Part shown: positions 1 to 12,345 of the stretch, piece by piece
How positions within the stretch are numbered: position 1 is the stretch's first letter
How the letters are laid out: each line of letters starts with the position of its first letter
Assembly: GCA_051313645.2 (NCBI GenBank)
Contig: JBNRSN020000016.1
Location: 47,988,001-48,052,000, forward strand
Source of the DNA: Centroscyllium fabricii
Taxonomy: Eukaryota
DNA: 64,000 nt
Reading direction: 5' to 3'
The notes under the pieces: generated by a model
Told to the model about the DNA's origin: nothing
Database searches by the model: none
The model's input: the letters and a program-made list of their open reading frames with translations, nothing else
Position numbers and translations under genes: made by a program

Positions 1-689
1 TCTACCTTCGGGCCCCGGGGAGTATTCTACCGCACGCTCCGGGCCCCGGGGAGTGTTCTACCCGCGCACTCCGGGCCCCGGGGAGTGTTCTAACCGTGCG
101 CTCTGGGCCCCGGTGAGTGTTCTACATGCATGCTCCAGGCCCCGGATAGTGTTCTACCCACGCGCTCCGGGCCCCGGGGAGTGTTCTATCCCCGGGCTCT
201 CTCCCGGGGAGCAATCTACCCGCGCGCTCCGGGTCCTGGGGAGTGTTCTACCCACGCACCGGCCCTGGTGAGTGTTCTACCCGCGTGCTCCGGGCCCCTG
301 GGGAGTGTTCTACCCGCGCGCTCCGGGCCCCTGGGGAGTGTTCTACCCGTGTGCTCCAGGCCCCGGGGAGTGTTCTACCCGTGTGCTCCGGGCCCCGGGG
401 AGTGTTCTACCTGCGCGCTCCGAGCCCCGGGGAGTGTTCTACCCGTGTGCTCCGGGCCCCGGGGAGTGTTCTACCCGTGTGCTCCGGGCCCCAGGGAGTG
501 TTCTACCCGCGCGCTCCGGGCCCCGGGGAGTGTTCTACCCGCGCGCATCGGGTCCCGGGGCGTGTTCTACTCGCGCGCTCTGGGCCCCAGGGAGTGTTCT
601 AACCGCGCGCTCCGGGCCCCGGGGAGTGTTGTACCCTCGCGTTCCTGGCCCCGGGGAGTGTTCTACCCACGCGTTCCGGTACGGGGAGT
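1..689. repeat. 32-bp GC-rich minisatellite (ccccggggagtgttctacccgcgcgctccggg), about 21 units
   Basis: gagtgttcta recurs with 32-bp period (e.g. 51, 83); explains the repetitive ORFs at 53-715. Confidence 0.95.
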
Positions 690-1095
690 GGGCGGCACGG
701 TGGCATAGTGGTTAGCACTGTTGCCTCACAGCACTGGAGACCCGGGTTCAAATCCAGCCTCGGGTACTATCTGTGTGGAGTTTGCACATTCTCCCCGTGT
801 CTGCGTGGGTTTCCTCCGGGTGCTCCGGTTTCCTCCCACAGTCCAAAGATGTGCGGGTTAGGTTGATTGGCCATGATAAATTGACTCTTAGTGTTAGGGG
901 GATTGAATATGTGGGGTTACGGGGATAGGGTGGGATATGTGTCGGTGTCGGCTCGATGGGGATCGAGGGATATGGGGAGAGGGCAGGGGCGGGGTGCTGG
1001 GTTTGGATGATCAGCCATGATCTCATTGAATGGCAGAGCAGGCTCGAAGGGCCAAATGGCCTACTCCTGCTCCTATCTTCTATGTTTCTATGTTT
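690..1095 (+). mobile_element. tRNA-derived V-SINE (HE1-like), full length
   Basis: A-box tggcatagtgg, B-box ggttcaaatcc, V-domain tgtggagtttgcacattctccccgtgtctgcgtgggtttcctccggg, CR1-type tail ending (tatgtttc)n. Confidence 0.92.
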
Positions 1096-3109
1096 CCAGG
1101 CCCCGGGGTGTGTTCTACCTGCGCGCTGCGCTCTGGGGAGTGTCCTACCCACGCGCTCCCCCCGAACCTTCAGTGGTTCGGAATTTTCAGTGGACCAGCA
1201 CCGGCCTGGTCCCAAGGGTGCCGGATTAACAGTGCTCAACCTGTAGTTTGTTTTATTGCAAGCCTGCCTGCAAAATCCTTATCAGAATCAAGTACGATTG
1301 CCTTCATTCAGTGTAGCTGGTTTTCAAGAAAACAGTAGGAAAAATCTCTGAGAAATTTTACCACATAAAGCCAAACAGTCTAAGGCCAAATAATGAGAGG
1401 AAGGGAATGAACTTGTAGTGGAAGAAGTCTGGACATGTAAGTAACAAAAATCAAGAATGAGGAATAAGCTATTCAACCTATCAAAGCTCATCCTTACAGT
1501 ACCTTCACATCCTAATGTTCTTGCCTCCACTATTTTCCTGGCAGCTTATTCTGAGCCTTTATCACCTTTGATTACAACAGTGTTTCCAAATGTATCCATT
1601 TTAAACTTTTCATTAATTTAAGTTTATATTCTTTGGTCCTACTTTCCCGGCTTCATTTAAAGTCATATTCTTGGTTTTCCTAATCAATGCTCGTTAACAT
1701 TTTATATACCTTAATTATGTCCCTACCTCTTTTAATTGCCTTCTTTATAAACAGTGTAGCTTCAGTTATTTTAATCTTACCTCGTAGCTCATCCCCATTA
1801 CCCTTGGAATCAGTCTTTGTAATGCAAGTACATGTTTATTGTGACAAAGTGAGCAGAATTGAACGCATTGCGTATTTCTATCTGCAGGACAGCCAGTGAA
1901 ATGGTATCTTAAGTCATTTCACTAGGATGATGATAATTTAAAGCAGCCTTCAACGATTGTTGTGAGAATCACAGTGTGAAAGTACCAGGAAAGTGATGAT
2001 TTGTTTTCTGGGCTAGGTTTCTGGCTGCACAGCTGGTGTAGTTTTTCCCTATAAAGCCAATGATATTCTTCAGCTCTCGACTGAAACCACTTTTTGTAGT
2101 CACAAATGTTCCACCAAAAAAAAATTTGGAACAAATGTTGGTCAAAAATTCTGTGGAGTCATATGTGTTTTAAAATGGAGCTGCTCTCGCTCTTGCCTTT
2201 TGTACTGTACTCCGAAGACCTCACCTTACTCAGAACTTCACCACAGCAGGGTCCAGCGCTGTTGCAAGCATTCTGTTTGCCAAATATTGACTGTGCTTGC
2301 TGGGAAGGCCTTGTATTACATTGTGTATTTATTGAAACTGACAGAGGCAAACTTTAACCATCTCATCGTTCAGTGACTGGAAGTTCAGTGGCCTGAGTGT
2401 CTGCTGTGGAATCTGTTGGGAGAAGCAGTGGAACTAGAGATACTCAAAGTGCATTGTTGTAGTCTATTTTTTTTTAACACTTTCTCGTCCAGGTGTATAT
2501 GTTTAATCATTTGTCAGGTTAAAGCTCCTTTAACTAGCACGATTCCGACCACTTAGAATGGTAGCATCTACTTTGTGAGTGTTGCTAGTTGCTGCCCTTC
2601 TATTTCTGGAGCATCTATTGCGTGGTAGTGGCCAGAGGAATCTTTTTGCTTCTTTATTTTCACCTTGCAGCATGGCTCTTGGTGTGTTCCCCCAGACCTT
2701 AATGATGTCGTTATAATTTGGAACTGCCAATTATTTAACATTGCAGAAGGTTTGTGGTGTGAAAGTCAAGGGGGTTTGACGAGTGGTGGTAGTTCTGACA
2801 ATTTGGAAGATGGTTGCACTGATGGAGGAGACCCAGTGATGGTTTAAAGAACCTACTTCCATTGCAATTTCAAACAGAAAGATTTAAAAACAGGTGGGCC
2901 AGTGGGCCTGATTTATTCTGGTATCTTTACATTCAGAGTTTTCTGAATTGCTTCCACAGTCAGAAATCCTATTTGGGTCTCTGTCAGCCCTGAGGTCCCT
3001 TGGCAATCCTGGATGGCATTGTATTTGCCTGTCTAACTTCAACAGGAGTTGGAGTGCCAGGATCTGAAGAGAGGTTGACTGAATATGTTTTCATTTGAGA
3101 AAAGATGAA

Positions 3110-3360
3110 GAAACATAGAAACATAGAAGATAGGAGCAGGAGTAGGAGGCCCCTCGAGCCTGCTCCGCCATTCAATGAGATCATGGCTGATCATCCGAAC
3201 CCAGCACCCTGTCCCTGCCTTGCCCCCATATCCCTCGATCCCTATCGAGTCTGCACTGACACATATCCCACCCTATCCCCGTAACCCCACATATTCAATC
3301 ACCCTCACACTAAGGGTCAATTTATCCTGGCCAATCAACCTAACCCGCACATCTTTGGAC
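3110..3360 (-). mobile_element. 5'-truncated V-SINE
   Basis: Reverse complement of the 3' 250 bp of the element at 690-1095. Confidence 0.9.
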
Positions 3361-3627
3361 AGAAGAATAGACATGGGCCAGTTTTTTTAAAACGCTGAGA
3401 AGAGTGAATGATGTAGATGCACGCAGGTTGTTTAATTTGAACTATCTGCAAAGAGCTAGAGAGCATGCATTTAACATCAACAAACTTCCAGCAAGTCCAG
3501 AGATTTAGAAGAAATGTTTTTCGCCCCAATGTCGCAGATGTGTGGAATAGGTTTGCCGCTAAAGCAGTTATGATGCTGATTAACAGATTTAAGAGCGAGG
3601 TGATTGAGTGTCTCACTGTTTTAGGAA

Positions 3628-3992
3628 AAAAGAAAGACTTGCATTTATATAGCGCCTGGCACGGCCACCAGACGTCTCAAAGCACTTTACAGCCGATGAA
3701 GTACTTTTGAAGTGGAGTCGCTGTTGTAAAGTGGGAAACACGGCAGCCAATTTGCACACAGCAAGGTCCCACCAGCAGCAATGTGACAATGACCAGATAA
3801 TCTGTTTTTGTTATGTTGGTTGAGGGATAAATATTGGCCAGGACACCCGGTTTCGGTTTAACGTCTCATCCGAAAGACAGCACCTCCGACAGTACAGCAC
3901 TCCCCAAGCACTGCCCTGGAGCGCGTGGGACTTGAATCCGCAACCTTCTGACTCAGAGGCAAGTGTGCTACCCACTGAGCCACCGCTGACAC
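3628..3992 (-). mobile_element. tRNA-derived Deu-domain SINE (SacSINE1-like) with L2-type tail, internally deleted
   Basis: Minus strand: gtggctcagtgggtagcac...ggattcaagtccc head; tgtcggaggtgctgtctttcggatgagacgttaaaccg Deu-like core; gcgctatataaatgcaagtctttctt tail. Confidence 0.75.
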
Positions 3993-4312
3993 GATGGGAT
4001 GAAGGGCTACATGAGCAAGTAGAGTTGGGCATTATCTAAATGCTGTGGGAATCCTAATTGTTTGTGAGCTACTGCGCTTACGAAATGTCATATCAAGGAA
4101 GGCAACTGGCCTGCAATGTAGGATCAGACAGATATTCTGAAGTTTTGTTGATTTACTGTGTGTGGTCTCTGGAAAAAACAGGCTGGATGGGCCAACTGGC
4201 CTTTTCTTCTTCCATGCTTATGTTCTTAATCACTGAGACTGTTTGATGTTTGAAACTTGAGCCCAGTTACTTTAGATAGAAATAAAATGCAGTGTCACTA
4301 TTTTGAGCATAA

Positions 4313-4939
4313 AGGCCCTGTCACACCTTGACGTTTTAGCCAGCGTATGCAAATTTGGCTAAAACGCTGAACTATTGACTTTTTTTTCAGTTTTGGGCGT
4401 ATAATAGCGTATAATAGCGTATTCATAACGTATGCATAACGTATTAGTAACGTACACAGAACGTATCGATAACTTACAGATAACTTATACCAACGAATGC
4501 TTAGCGTGTTGTCGGCGTTCACAACTTATGCCCAACGATAGTCTAATGTATGCATAGTGCGCGGCAGCGTATCGCCGACGTTTTAGATAAATTTTGATAC
4601 GTTGGCATACGCTAGCTTAAATCGTCAAGGTGTGACAGGGCATGACAGGGGCACAGGTAAGGTGTGTTCAACGATCGCCTAACGTGCCTACAACGTATGG
4701 CCAGCGTATGCGGAACGTGTGAATCATACGCAGGATACGTCGAGATTTTTTGTGCATGCTCAAAAAATCTCGACTTACTCGAAGTACAACGACGTATGCA
4801 ACTTATGGCCAGCGTATGCCAGCGTGCTCTTAACGTATGCAAAACGTATGCAAAACGTACCCATAACGTATCCGACGTAAACCAGCGTTTTAGCCAAATT
4901 TGCATACGCTGGCTAAAACGTCAAGGTGTGACAGGGCCT
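4313..4939. mobile_element. PIF/Harbinger-type MITE
   Basis: ~55-bp TIRs aggccctgtcacaccttgacgttttagccagcgtatgcaaatttggctaaaacgctg; TAA TSD at 4310-4312 and 4940-4942; second copy at 42937. Confidence 0.9.
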
Positions 4940-5349
4940 TAAGTTTTGAAAGTCGAAAGAAATTTTTCATTCCCGTCCGTCCTGCTCAACAGATTTTGCT
5001 ACTGTACTATCCAGCTTTGCTAACAGCACTGAGAAAGGTGTTATTATTGTTAATGGTCTCAACAAAGAATGCTGGACATAGTGTATTAAAATGTTATTGG
5101 CCAAAATTGAAATTAAATAACCTTTGGGGGGAGCTAAATTTCATATCTATAGAGAATGTGCATCCTGTTGTTACTATTTACATTGACATTTGCCGTGAAT
5201 TTTACTGTGAATTTTAAACAGGACTTTGGGTAAGTTTATAGGACTAGAACAAATGCCTTAATTCATTCAAATGGTAGCACCTATCAATCAAATAACTCTA
5301 AAATGGCCTGAAGTACATTCGCTGCTTCTTCAGACATTCAAAATTATGG

Positions 5350-5708
5350 AAACATATATAGAAACATAGAAGATAGGAGCAGGAGTTGGCCATTCGGCCC
5401 TTCGAGCCTGCTCCGCCATTCAATGAGATCATGGCTGATCATCCAAACCCAGTATCCCGCCCCTGCCCTCTCCCCATATCCCTCGATCCCTATCGAGCCT
5501 CCATCGACACATATCCCACCCTATCCCCGTAACCCCACATATTCAATCCCTCTAACACTAAGGGTCAATTTATCATGGCCAATCAACCTAACCCGCACAT
5601 CTTTGGACTGTGGGAGGAAACCGGAGCACCCGGAGGAAACCCACGCAGACACGGGGAGAATGTGCAAACTCCACACAGATAGTCACCCGAGGCTGGATTT
5701 GAACCTGG
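5350..5708 (-). mobile_element. V-SINE, 5' head truncated
   Basis: Reverse complement of V-SINE from B-box to tail. Confidence 0.9.
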
Positions 5709-8376
5709 TTCTACCTATAGGGCTGTTAAAAATACAAGTACATCAGAATCTGTATAATGCATGAGTCAGTCCTCTTCAGTACTAAAGCATAGCAGTTGCT
5801 TAAGGCAAGTGGCTGTTCATTCCAGGTGACAATATTGTTTGGATCGTAAACCGTGCAACAATGGCTGTATTAAACTGTAATCATGACTGCATTTAAGGGC
5901 GGCGCCGTTTGCTTGTTATTACGACCATGTAAATTTTACCAGTCTGCACAATCCAGGTAAAAATGCCACTTAATTAAATTGAGAAGCTGTTGGTTATGAA
6001 GAAAAAAATGATTGGTTACGACACTTGGTCGTTAGTCAAGGTGACCAGAAGGACAGGTTTTGCTGCAATTAGGGGGGAAAAAACTCCAACCCACAGAATA
6101 TTTAGTTTTTCTTTGGTCAGTCATTTCATGAAGTTGGGTAAATTAAGCCAATTAAAATCACAGTATTCCTACCCAACACAAATCTCTGTTCAACTCCCAA
6201 CACCATTTCTATTGAAATTCCCTTTTTACAGTGCTAAAATGCAGCCCCCGTTACTGGAAATAGATATTGTACATTTAATGATCGGAACAGCATACATTTC
6301 TCAGTTTGTACCCATCCTTGTGGGTTTGAGAACCCGTGCAGTATGTTTGTGAATTGTGTGCTTCGTCTCTGGGTAATACCGCCCAGGAGAATACTAAGTG
6401 CATCCTTTTTTCACTGTTGTGGTCACTGGTTCACGCCATTGTTATCAAAGCAGTGATTAATCATGACATTTTGCGTATTGTTTCTATGGAGATTAAAATG
6501 ATCCGTATTGCTTAAAATGGCCAGAATAAGTTTACCAACATTGCATGTGCTTTTGTCATGCACTGGTCAAAGTCTGGCCTTGACATGTGCCGGCTTCAGT
6601 TTTTCCCTTTTGCACTATACTGCTGTTACTTCAACATCAGATTATCTTCTTATAATCAGCTGGAACTAGACGTGTTTCCCCACCCAGGCCGCACCTTTGG
6701 CATGAACGTCTGTATTATGACATTGTAATTCTTTCAAAGAAAAATGATTTAACTTGAGCTGTCAGATATCAAATTGTCAGCATTACTTATTAAAGCATTC
6801 AGGCCTCCTCTGAAATTCCAAAATATTTAATTTAGAAGTCCCAGTACAGTGTGTTGCAGATCTTTGGAAAACAATGGCAACAAATCTCTGTCCAGCTGTT
6901 CAGTTTACTGTTCGCAGTATGCAGACACTAAAGCGTATAAAATGGAAACGACTGAACTATATTTGGGTTGCTAATGGAAATAGTATTGTCGAATATTGAG
7001 GATGGAATTACATATTCTGGTTATCATGTAACTGTATGCGCTCACTGCAGTAGACCCCTCCCCCATCGTTAGGTGGCTCTTCAAAAATGTATATTATTTC
7101 TAACTCCCTCACTAATATAGACCTTATATAATGTATACAGGACTCTTTTGAACTGTTTTTTTGTAAATAGCTTGCAAAGATACTGTTGTAAAGGAAGAGG
7201 CAATGTGCTTTTTGCAGTCATCTTGGGGAATGTTAGTGGTCAGAATGATCAGAACAAAACCATAATTTAAAATGATCTCAATTTCCCCACACAATCTATT
7301 CTAGTCCACTGGTCTACAAGGTTACAAATATGTCAGCCTAATAGAAATTTTAGAAGCAGTTAACTAGACTGGCTATGGGCAGAGCCAGCAGTAATTGCAA
7401 ATATAGAATGTGAATGTAGCACAGTTTATTTCTTGCGAAAACACACATACTCTGTGTAGCTATAGAATTTCATCAAACCCTCCAGTGATCAGTAACAGGT
7501 GCAATTTATCTCACTTTATACCAGTGTTTTATACTGTGCAGTAGGTCATCTAAAATCTATACTGAGCAATTTGCATTAGGTTTACCAGAGAGAGAGAGAG
7601 AAACTACCTGCACAATACAACTAATAGATGCTTACAAATTCTGCAAATAGCAGCCATGTTAAAAAGGTAAGCACGCACTTGGCATAAAGTCACTCAGAAT
7701 TATTACTGTATTCAGCATCTATCGGCACCAAACAAGTATGATCCGGAAAAAGATCCTGTTCAGAGCATGCCGCACAGCAGCTGAAAATGCATTGTTGCCA
7801 GTTCAATTGTCCAGAATCTGCACCGAATTATCGGTAATTATTCATTGATAGAGATCTTTGGATTGGAGGAGTGGCCTTTGTGGAAGAATATAGAATTGCT
7901 CTATTTTTATATGTTTCCATCTCAATGAAAGGCTCGAGCCAGCTGTATCTCTATGGAAATCTCATTATTCCTGTTGCATTGTTGACTAACACACGTAATT
8001 GGCCAGGTCTATTGGCATATTTAATAAGGGATGGTTGCCCTGGATGGGTTCTCTTTTGTTTATGTCTATGGCTTTATTCAGTAATTAATTCAAAAGCAAA
8101 GGGGTTTGGTGGCTGGATTTGCTTAAGTGGAATGTTAATATATGTAGACTGACAGACTGTGGAACAGACAAATTCAAATTCTATGATTACGGAACTATTA
8201 AAGGGCAATGTTTCCAGGAAGATGATAATACCTGGACATTAAGGTGCCACCTCACAATGTGTGAGAGACGATTTTGAAAGTCTGTTTGTAACATGAAAAT
8301 CACCATGCTCTTTGCTCTTTCGTTCTGACTGGAGATCTGAACTCCATGGGTCAACTAGGAATTGCACTAGCGACAT

Positions 8377-8797
8377 GGAACATGACTAGAACTAGGGGGC
8401 ATAATCTTAGAATAAGGGGCTGCTCTTTCAAAACTGGGATGAGGAGAAACTACTTCACTCAGAGGGTAGAAGCTACATCATTACATAAATGTAAAACAGA
8501 AGTAGACAGCTTCCTGGAAGTAAAAGGGATTAAGGGTTACGGGGAGCGGGAAGGAATTTGGACACGAGTCCAGGTTCAGATCGGTCATGGCCCTGTGGGT
8601 AGTGGAGCGGGCCCAGGGACCGTGTAGCCTGATCCTGCTCCTATTTCGTGTGTCTAATTCTGTTAGATTCAGGAGATGGTTCTGTGATAGTAGGTTGGTG
8701 GTTAGGATCAGATCAGCCATGATCTTATTGATTGGCGGAGCAGGCTCGAGGGGCCGATTGGCCTACTCCTGCTCCTATTTCTTATGTTCTTATGTAT
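8377..8797 (+). mobile_element. CR1 3'-end fragment followed by a second CR1-tail fragment
   Basis: Translates TRGHNLRIRG..F..MRRNYFTQRV (CR1 ORF2 C-terminus); two tails ending cctgctcctattt...tatgttcttatgt. Confidence 0.75.
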
Positions 8798-9091
8798 GAC
8801 AACATAAAGGCCGACGAAAGAATGTTTCTTCCAAAAGTTTTGATTATGAAACGGTGCCATGCTCTCCCATTCCCGGCATATATAACGGCACAGGTTTCCC
8901 TTCCTGGGAGACTCAGTCCAGTTATGGAAACTGACTTTTTGATATCAGCACAAGACGTGAACTGTAACAGCCTTGTCCATGATTGGTATACAGTATTTGA
9001 TAGAAGCACATAATTGGAAGGTGAATAATTGAGCTCTCTAGGAATATGTCCGGTTGCACCAACCAAACTGAGCTTAAGGTGAGTCATGATA

Positions 9092-9629
9092 CAGGTACGC
9101 AATCCCTTATCCGCAACTCCAAAAACCGAAAAGCTCCAAAAACCGAAGTCCAGGGTTGCGCCAACATAATCATTTTTTTCTTAAATAAATAGAAACTGCA
9201 GCAGAAAAAACACATTCCCACCCCATCTCGTGCTGTTAATGCCATGCTGAGGAAAAAACCAGCCGATTCCCCGCTCCAGACAGCCGATTCCCCGCTCCAG
9301 ACGGTCGATTCCCCGCTCCAGACGGCCGATTCCCCGCTCCAGACGGCCGATTCCCCGCTCCAGACGGCCGATTCCCCGCTCCAGACGGCCGATTCTCCGC
9401 TCCAGATGGCCGATTCCCCGCTCCAGACGGCCGATTCCCCGCTCCAAACGGCCGATTCCCCGCTCCAGATGGCCGATTCCCCACTCTAAATGGCCGATAT
9501 GCCGTTCCCCGACTGCGAGCTGGGCCTCAAACACGGCAATGCGCATGCGCACTGGGGCCAACTCTAAAAACCGTATTTATCCGAAACCTGCCTGGTCGCG
9601 AGATTTTCGGATAAAGGGTTGTGTACCTG
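9092..9629. mobile_element. pogo/Tigger-like MITE with internal 21-bp minisatellite
   Basis: TIRs caggtacgcaatcccttatccg / cggataaagggttgtgtacctg, both flanked by TA. Confidence 0.85.
9262..9500. repeat. 21-bp tandem repeat (gccgattccccgctccagacg), about 11 units
   Basis: Directly visible period; produces the heptapeptide-repeat ORFs. Confidence 0.95.
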
Positions 9630-9999
9630 TACCATAATCTACACTCAACATTTGAATGCTTCGGATAGATTGATTAGACCTACCCGATTTATTTGGCCTG
9701 GAAGCTATACTTTTTACTGTGGAGCAGCCTAAAGTTAGAGCCTCTTCATCCTGACTCATGTTGAATAAAAACAGATTCTTGGAAATTTTTAAAGGAGCCA
9801 AATTATGTTGCAGGTGATGTAATTAGTGAATGCAATGTCCTCAGCTTACTGTAAGGTAAAGGTATGTGGGAGAGAAGCACGTAGAGAGAGACTATGCTGG
9901 AGTTTTGCCCAGTGTTGACGAATAAAGAGTTCTTTATGAATACTCTCTCCCCGGCTCCCTCGATTGTTCAGTGTGTAAGTACACTCTGCGGTGGAATAT

Positions 10000-10330
10000 T
10001 GGATGGAGCCTGAACCATCTCGACCAGAAAGGCCCCAGTTTTGATCCCTAGTCTGTGCTGAGTTAGCGCGTTTAGGTTGGGATGGCAGTGGAGGCACTAC
10101 ATTTAATCTCAATGCCCTTGGGCTAAGAAGAAAAAAATCAACCAGGATTCTTACTCCAGATAGCTATCCGGTGATCACTGCAGGAAAGCGTGCATATACG
10201 GATCTTGGATGAGGGCAGGATTGGACTTTCTCTTTTGTCTGTCAGCTGCCTATGCTCATTTGTGAAGCATGGTTGGGCGCTACAGAACTGCAGCCCTCTG
10301 TGGAACTGTACAGTAACATGAGCGGCCACC
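10000..10330 (+). mobile_element. Old degenerate SINE-like repeat
   Basis: B-box-like gttttgatccc then gtctgtgctgagttagc; related degenerate sequence near 51600-51680 (-). Confidence 0.35.
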
Positions 10331-11105
10331 TTCGAGAGAGAGAGGAGGGGAGAAAAGTGGGCTAAATATACCTTCATCCTGTTGCCAACTTGTCGGTGTG
10401 AACAGTAACTTGTTGCATTATCACTCAACAAAAAAAAATCCTCATTCTCATTACAACTCTCATTGGTGAATGGGACATCCTAAACATGTTGTAATGTACG
10501 GGGGCGGGGAGTCCTGTAACCCAATAACCTATTTAAAGAAAAGAAAATATAAGGGGAGGATCTGCTTTGGAAAAGCACAAATGTGATTTGCTGGAATTTG
10601 TGGGTTGTAACCTATAGTTGATAGGCTAATAAATGTACTGTACAATTGTATTTACTGACATTCGACTCTTCAGTTACTCATGTGACCTAATTATGCCTTT
10701 CATTGATGAGTGTAGAGGTGTATATCTTGTTGGTGAAGCACTGCTTAAAGAGAATGGATTCTGTTGTGCCATTCTCATTGTTTCAATCTTCCATTTACTT
10801 TTTTGTCGATACAGGATATTTAATAACTTCACCTTCATCAGCATATATTTATTCAGCTGAAAGAAATGGCTTGTGTTTTTCTTCAAAATTAGTTTCTGAC
10901 CAAAACTTTTGTTCTGTTTTTAGAGATCTTTTCCCTGATAAGTATGGATACCTGGGAGGAAACAAACTGGGCATTCTGTGCAGGGCCTGGATTGTAGAAG
11001 TGTTCTGTAGTACATGACCAGACACTGGTTTATTAGCTTATAACTACCAGGGACAATTTGCAGTTAAATAACTGTAGAAAAAAAAATTAAGGCTACATTT
11101 GTCAA

Positions 11106-11414
11106 AATAATAATAATAATAATAATAATTCAACTTTATTGTCATTATACAATGTACAAGTACATGAACAACAAAATGTGATCTTGCAAGCTCCCAAGAG
11201 TCCAGCAAAGCCGCTGCGTCTGTGCGCGCCGCCATTCCATCCTCCCATCATTCCGACAATCTTCAGCCAACCGCCCCTCCCTGGGGCTCCTTTCGTGACC
11301 TTCTGCACCTGGTATTCCCTGGTGGTTACCCATCCAAGTACTAACCAGGCCTGGCTCTGCTTAGCTTCCAAGCCTTGCCAGTGGCCCTGTCCCTAGTCCC
11401 AGGAACAAGGTTCA
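11106..11414 (-). mobile_element. 5S rRNA-derived SINE with Rex1-like tail, copy 1
   Basis: Minus strand ggaagctaagcagagccaggcctggttagtacttggatgggtaaccaccagggaataccaggtgc matches the 3' part of 5S rRNA; ends atgacaataaagttgaa(tta)n; three copies in window. Confidence 0.88.
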
Positions 11415-12218
11415 TCAGTGTACATAATTTCAGCAACTGCTTACATGCTTTAATGTGCAATTCATTTGATTTAATGTTTGCCTACATAACAACAGTCATT
11501 GGACTTCATAGTCATTCATTGTATATGAACTGTTTTGAGACATTTCTGAGAGTCATGATATACTTTAACTTCTTTTTCATTTTCTGTTAAGTATTTCTAA
11601 TGTTTCCAGTGACATTTCCATGCAAGTCATTTTCTGGTCTCATCACATTCTGAGTATCTTCTGTTCTGTCAAATTTGATTTCTTGTCCTGCCCCCTCCCC
11701 CTCCCACATCAAGGTGTTGGAGCCTTGCCCACTTTCAGTACAAATTGCTAATCTGAGGAACAGGTTGAAACACTATTCTCTACATTGTACTCCACGCCTG
11801 CAGCTACAGGATCATTATTTTTTTATTGTAAATCCTTTCTGTGCTTTATTTTATATGTTTCTGACACCAGTACATTCAAAACTGAAGTCTTGACTCAGAT
11901 GTGAATCCAAGAAAATTTAAGCGTCAAATCAGGACTTAAATATTAAAGTATTCATGTTTAAAGTTCCCCATTAGGTAATCAGCACTTATCCTTTTTAAAA
12001 AATGGATCATCATGAATCCTTTAAAGAGAGTAGATAGATTTAGAATAAAAACATATAATTTTATTTAATACTTTTAGACATTAAGACATAATCGGAGATA
12101 CAAACCTTTCCTTTTAGGACATTTCAGTAAAGTTCTTAGTTCTCCTGTACAGAAACATATCTATGCTGGTGCTTCAAAACCTATTGTGCAGCACAGTTGT
12201 ATTACATTAGGTGTTCGC

Positions 12219-12345
12219 CATGGCTCAGTGGTAGCACTCTTGCTTCTGAGTCAGAAAGTTGTGGGTTCACGCTCTATTCCAGAGACTTGAGCACAAAATC
12301 TAGACTGGGATTTCTGTGCAGTACTGAGCGTGTGCTACACTGTCC
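12219..12345 (+). mobile_element. Deu-SINE 5' head fragment
   Basis: tggctcagtggtagcactcttgcttctgagtcagaaagttgtgggttca matches head of element at 3628-3992. Confidence 0.7.

Larger units (their letters stand above)
1..1243 (+). mobile_element. pogo/Tigger(Zombi)-like MITE, left end outside the window, with expanded internal minisatellite and a SINE insertion
   Basis: Right TIR ...ccggattaacagtgctcaacctg followed by TA (1244-1245); internal sequence matches complete copies at 21907, 27648 and 56812. Confidence 0.85.

Noticed and set aside
53-715. Several overlapping ORFs
   Set aside because: Translations of a stop-poor 32-bp tandem repeat
690-770. tRNA genes (also at 17434, 19316, 60350)
   Set aside because: Only A/B-box heads of SINEs; they continue into SINE bodies
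748-1239. Recurrent 'MRSWLIIQTQHP...GRKPEHPEETH' protein family
   Set aside because: Antisense translation of the V-SINE
9181-9561. Heptad-repeat (GIGRLER)n coiled-coil-like ORF
   Set aside because: Product of a 21-bp minisatellite inside a MITE; open in several frames
11298-11370. 5S rRNA gene
   Set aside because: Lacks the 5' ~45 nt of 5S and the oligo-T terminator; embedded in a dispersed repeat with a retro-tail
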